Source of the DNA: Amoebophrya sp. A120
Taxonomy: Eukaryota > Protista > Dinoflagellata
Length of the DNA stretch: 64,000 nt
Reading direction: 5' to 3'
Assembly: GCA_905178155.1 (NCBI GenBank)
Contig: CAJINV010000012.1
Span: forward strand, 181,271-245,270
Part shown: in pieces, positions 58,821 through 64,000 of the stretch
Layout: each line of letters begins with the position of its first letter
How positions within the stretch are numbered: the stretch's first letter is position 1
Notes under the pieces: generated by a model
What the model saw: the letters and a program-made list of their open reading frames with translations, nothing else
Database searches by the model: none
Told to the model about the DNA's origin: nothing
Position numbers and translations under genes: made by a program

Positions 58821-59537
58821 ACATTACCAGTGGAATAAAGTAAATCTACATTTGCGCTTCGGTAGTATTTGGTGCCATTCTTATATTTCTGTCATTGAGA
58901 ACTACGCGTTTTTTTTCTCGTGCCTCTGCGTCTCTATTTCTCTTCTGCTGCCAATATCTAGCATCACAAACTGAATGAACTCCCATAACTTCGCTCTGCA
59001 TGGCAGAGAGTTGCTTGCTTTTTTTGACAGGACGTTAGCAACACAAATTTCATTTTTTTCTGATTCTGGGATAGGAGTTTCTTCGCTTTTCTGTTTGATA
59101 ACCGTGCCACTCGTCTGGAAGAGAGCGCAGCCGGATCCGTACTTCAGTGCCACCCTTACGCCACGGCTTTTCGGCAACGGACACGAGTTTGCGGATGGTT
59201 TGTGATAGGTCGGGCGGGCGACTCGGTGTTCTTGCTGTTTGTTCTGCGCCGAAAGAACTTCAACATCTTCGTGCTGGATTGCACTCTGCTGCTCGTCGGC
59301 TGCTACAATAACCACAGAAGTAGATGATCGCCGCGCGCAAGAAAAGGAGGAGGTGCCGACTTGATGACCGCCGCCGGGCTTCTTCTCCGCTTCGTCGGCG
59401 AGCGGGTGCTCGGTTGCAGTTTGTGCGTCCGCGCTCGTAGGAACGGCCTTGTTTCCATTTTTGCCCCGCCCGTTCTTCCGTCCGCCGCCCGTTTTTTTCC
59501 CGCCGTACTGGCAGTTCTTCTTACCGGAAGCTTTACT

Positions 59538-59804
59538 TATGCATTGCAAATATGTCTGGGTCTGGAACAGCACTGTGAGACCTGTATTGCTGAACTCGCA
59601 TACCCCTGAACTCTGTGATGCATGTTGTGGAATAGCGCCAGTCCTCTGACATGCAAACACACGACTTCTCATGCGGGATCGATAGTTACGCACAATATAA
59701 CCGCTCAGAAATTTCTCATGCGTGGCTGCGTATTGGAGTCACTTTCTGACGCATGGAGCAGCATCACAAGTTCCCAGACCCAGACATTATATTTGCAGTG
59801 GATA
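59538..59804. mobile_element. Introner family D (paralogue of 37327-37604)
   Basis: D-type TIRs at the same position. Confidence 0.85.
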
Positions 59805-59860
59805 TTGCCGCTACGCTTGCGGTTTTTCCGACGACGATTCCGCCTCGGGCCCGCTCGAGC

Positions 59861-60018
59861 TATCATGTGCAAAAATATCTATCGCACTCGTAGCAATTGC
59901 AGCCATGCATGACAAATCTGGTTTTTATAGCTCATTCAGCATTACAAATTCCATTTTTTCTTAAGGAAAAAATTGCATTCCTATTTCTACTAGTACGATC
60001 ATACTTTTGCAATGCATA
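59861..60018. mobile_element. Introner family A (paralogue of 37661-37813)
   Basis: A-type TIRs; TSD CGAGC/CGAAC. Confidence 0.85.
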
Positions 60019-60076
60019 CGAACCGAACATCGAAGACGCTTCGTCATCTTGATTTTTCGAAGGATTCGACTCTGCC

Positions 60077-60870
60077 CGGTTTTCTTCTTCCGCGAGGGTT
60101 GCTACAGTGGGGAAAATCTTTCTCCGTCAGTACCTGATCATACAGATTTTGATGTAATAAATCAAGAGCATTTGCAGTTTGTCATGCGTAACGTGACCAC
60201 GAGCTTCGTCCCGAACCTTCCCCACCGCTGCTGCCTCATTGATATTAATAAGGGTTTGCAGAGTAAGTATCTAAAGCGATTGTTTGAAGATGTTCCTAGT
60301 AGCTCTTCATCACACCATTTGCAACCGCTGGACTCAGTTCCAAGTGTAACCCCTGCGCATCAAGGGAAGTTGTCTAGATGAATAATCCGCCATCATAAAG
60401 TGTACAAATAGAATTATCCTGAACCTGAAATAGTTAAATTCCGCCCTTACCTTTGCTCGACTCTGGTTGCTACAGTGGGGAATCTGTAACTTCGCCAGGT
60501 CTTCTTCTTCAGCGAGGGTTACTGCAATGGGGGATAAAATCTCCGTCAGTACTACCTGATCATATAGATTTTGATGTAGATCAAGAGCATTCGCAGTTTG
60601 CCATGCGTGACGTGACCACGAGGTTCGTCCCAAACCCTCCCCACCACTGCTGCCGCATGAATAAGGGTTTGTAGAGTGTATAAAGCGATTGTTTAGAGAT
60701 GTTCCTAATAGCTATTCATCACACTAGTTCCAACCGGTGGCCTCAGTTCCAACTGTAACCCTTGCGCAAGGGACGTTGTCTAGAAGAATGATCTTCCTCA
60801 TAAACTATACAAAGAAAATTATCCTGAACCTGAAATAGGTAGAATCCGTCCTTACCTTTCCTCGACTCTG
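60077..60870 (+). repeat. Local ~400-bp tandem duplication within unit 3
   Basis: TCTTCxGCGAGGGTT...CTGATCATA...CAAGAGCATT...CTTACCTTT occurs twice (from ~60085 and ~60506). Confidence 0.75.
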
Positions 60871-62688
60871 GTTCCGCTTGTAGAACCTTGTAGCTCCACT
60901 TGCTTCCACAACTCACCCCGTTCTTTAGCGAGTACTGCAGGCAGAAATTGCTTTGCACACCTCGCGATTGAACTTGCAAGGCAATCTGGATTCGTTCTTT
61001 GAAAATCAAAAAAAAATGTTTGTAAATATCGTTGAAAACAAGTAAAAAGCAAAAAGTGTTGGAGGACTAGAGGATTGAAAAAACGTCCTTTCGATTGATA
61101 GAAGTACGGTATCTGCAAATAATGTAAGTAAGGACTCCCGTCGGGATACGACGACAACGAAATTAATAGTGTTCAACAAGCGATCGCAATTTTAATTCAT
61201 ATATTCCTATTCGTGCTTAGATGAAGAAACTCTTTCTCTACTTTGCAGCTTGGCGGGGGACAACGAAAGCGTATTCAAATATAATTATAAAATGTTGGTC
61301 GTGCTGCAGTGGGAAAAAATGTTTCTTTGTGTTTCGCAAAAAAAAAAACAAAAAGTATTTGATATAGTGCGAACGCAAAAAGTGCTGAGATTCTGCAAAT
61401 TGTGGATGTGAAGTTGGTCGGCTGAGTGATGGCAGAGGACCAACGGAGGATATCCGACATACACAGCGTCAACAACCTGCGAAGAAATGAAATGATCGCA
61501 CTACTTTGCAATGTATGAGTCAGTCCCAGTCGCTGTTGGCAGTGAAACGTATTAACAAAGGACGACGCTTCAAAAATCACAAGAATTCCATGGTATTTTT
61601 TCTTTTTAAACACCACGATATACAAGAGCGGTTTCCAGAACGACGAGTTGTGACCGACTCTAACGAAAAAAATGCACGAATTTCTACATACTCTCTACAC
61701 GCATCCAGTTCATTTTTAACATTTTCTTTGCTCGCCGAACCAGTGCTTTTGCCTTTAGAGAGAGGAACGACAGGACGAGTAGTCACCGAGAACGTAGCTG
61801 TAGGGCTGTTTTTTGGACGAGGACGACGAAACAACTACTCCTCGCCACACACGAAGACCGACTTTGGGCGGGAAGCAAAAACCTGCATAACACCGAGGAC
61901 GCGAGGCTTTTTCGGTTTTTCATCCACTGTTCTTGTAGTTCATAAACTATCACTACTGCGATTACGAATGAATGGCGCAGGCTTAAGCTGAAGTCAGACG
62001 AAGCGCACATGGCAGATAGACAGATGAGGTTTATAGATACTTTTTTATCGTGCTTCAAAACCACAATTAAAATCCTCAACCTAAAAGACCGAAAAACGAA
62101 CCCTGTCTTGAACAAAACCGATGACTGCAGACAGGGAGCCGGCTGAAAATGCGCTCGGCCGGTTTACAAGGTTATGTTGCTCGACGTCCAACGGGCGTGC
62201 TTAAGTGGTGCTGGAAAGAACATGCAACACTACACAAAACAAAAGCACAACATCAGACCGCAGAAATCTTGCAATCCTTCGTATGTGTTCTACAGATCCG
62301 GTATCGACGGTAATCGTGTAGTCTACAGTTTTTTCTGGCGCGCCGCAGATGCAGCTCCAACTACGTCTGCTGGTGCTGCAGTATTATACTTCAGCATCAC
62401 AAACTAGTTGTACTTCTTTTTGGAACTGCGTCAAAGGAGGTTTTTTGTCATGCACAAAAGCGAAGATGGTGCATGTGCAGGAAGCTGGAGTGCAGGTATA
62501 CATTGACAAAAACAGTTGCTCGTTACCCTGGACCAAAGATTCGCTCCGCCCATACCTCAGGTGAAGAGCAGCCAAAAGACCGTTTCGCGGCTATCGTACG
62601 AAAAAACTGCTATTTCACTGATGTTAACCGATTTTGGTTTTGCATGAAATTATAAAGGTTGGACTGCCCAACGAGGTCCTTGTTCCGC

Positions 62689-64000
62689 CTAAGGGAAAAC
62701 TTCGCAGCTTAAAATCCGCTGTTTTGCATTCCTAGCAAGACGGAGACAAACCCATCTCAACTTCTGTGCTGCAGGACATGCTGCATTTTCGAATCCGAAA
62801 GTTACCACAACTGAAGCAGTTTTTCCTATACGATAGCCGATGTTCAGAGTCGAGTGCCACCAGTCGTCGGGTAGCCACAATGCTTCGTCTTCATTTTGCG
62901 TGCACATTTGAATCGTCGCCAGTATCCTGGAGAAAAGCGTGCCTGTACCCGTTTCAGATGGAAGATCTGGGAAAATCTGCTACGGCTACGCAGGTTCGAA
63001 AATTGATTTGCAAACTGCGTAGGACAAGCCTGAACCCGATGCAGTGCGGTCTTCTCTTCGTGCTTTTTATCGATGAAGACTTCGCTACATTTTCTATATT
63101 CTGATTGATGGAGGTTGGCAAATTGCGAAAGAGCAACACGAGTTGTTAAAAAGGCCCTCCATGCCTACCAGCATGCAACCAGACTTGCACTTGCTTCATA
63201 TGACAATCCGCATGACAAATTTACTGTCGTGGGCACGTTTTATTTCCACAGGATAGCGGAGTCTTTATCTTCTTGGTCGTAGAACCAGTTGAAGCTCGAC
63301 TTTTCCGGGTCGAAGGGTGCATCTATCAATTGCAAATATGTCTGATTCTGGAAGATTCTGAGACTTGTCATGCACGTTTTGCATGAGTCATGATATCTGT
63401 GACGCGTGCCCTAGCATCACAGATTTTTTGAGGGCTTCTTGATGCATATTCCGCATGACAAATGCCTTCTCCGCGCAGGAAAAATTGCACTCCCTTTGCT
63501 GCTCATGCAATACAGATTTTTTTGGAATCCAACTGCAGCATCACAAGTTGCATCCTTCCAGACCTAGACATATTTGCAATGCATAGGATCGACGGGTTTG
63601 CTATTTGCAGCGGAGGAGGTGAAAAGGGGTTTCTTTTCCACGTGTCGATGTCCTTGGGGATTCAGATTGTCCTGCTTGGTAGAAGTGGTTTTTGCAGCTT
63701 TCATCGAGTTGATCTTGTGATCCTGAAGTTGTAGATCCTCTTGGTCTTGTTTCGTCGCGGAAGCGACGACTCCTCCAGCCAAGTCCCCACTGTTCATCGC
63801 AACGTCGAAAAGATCAGACTCGGTTGACCCGCCGTGTCGCCTAGCTCCTCCGCGTCGCCCCGTTCTCGCCAGTTCTTTCCGGTGCGCTGCTGCTGCTGCT
63901 GTTGACGGGGAAGTGCGGCTGGGAGCAGGAGAAACATGTTCCAGGAGGTCCACCTGTTCTGTACTGTCACCAGTCGACTCCTGCACTGATCTCGCGCCCA
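62689..64000 (-). CDS. JmjC-domain (cupin) protein, 3' part; HxD motif expected beyond the window
   Basis: Spliced translation ...PFDPEKSSFNWFY...DSATIQMCTQNEDEALWLPDDWWHSTLNIG matches the JmjC C-terminal C-x-Q-xx-E-xxx-P-xx-WWH-xx-N motif. Confidence 0.75.
62923..63255. mobile_element. Introner family C-like, reverse orientation
   Basis: Ends TATCCTGGAGAAAAGCGTGCC / GGCACGTTTTATTTCCACAGGATA; removal restores the JmjC frame. Confidence 0.75.
63324..63585. mobile_element. Introner family D
   Basis: D-type TIRs; TSD GCATC/GGATC. Confidence 0.88.

Overview
Eukaryotic, gene-dense DNA with almost all genes on the minus strand. It is most consistent with a syndinian dinoflagellate such as Amoebophrya; this is an inference from the non-canonical, inverted-repeat introner introns. 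(1) 485-19520 (-): a very long P5-type ATPase gene (TGE and DKTGT motifs). It is interrupted by about 29 short TIR elements of about 11 families (my labels A, C-L). Nearly all begin and end with TA and are flanked by 5-bp direct repeats. At the junctions I checked, removing the element plus one repeat restores the frame, so they behave as introners. (2) 20809-32249: the main candidate novel system, an 11.4-kb DNA transposon with 47-bp TIRs and the same TA...TA ends and 5-bp TSD as the introners. It carries a spliced, divergent hAT-like DDE transposase, a tandem PD-(D/E)xK nuclease gene, a multi-exon Gln/Ala-rich cargo gene, an inner pair of inverted repeats and a hairpin cluster. It is a plausible autonomous driver of the introners. 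(3) About 32.3-62.6 kb: a tandem triplication (permuted-papain/PPPDE-like peptidase plus low-complexity genes, one unit with a truncated copy of the ATPase 5' end). Its paralogues show filled and empty introner sites and one hAT-style excision footprint. (4) 62689-64000 (-): 3' part of a JmjC-domain gene. All calls were made by eye; exon boundaries and family assignments need computational confirmation.
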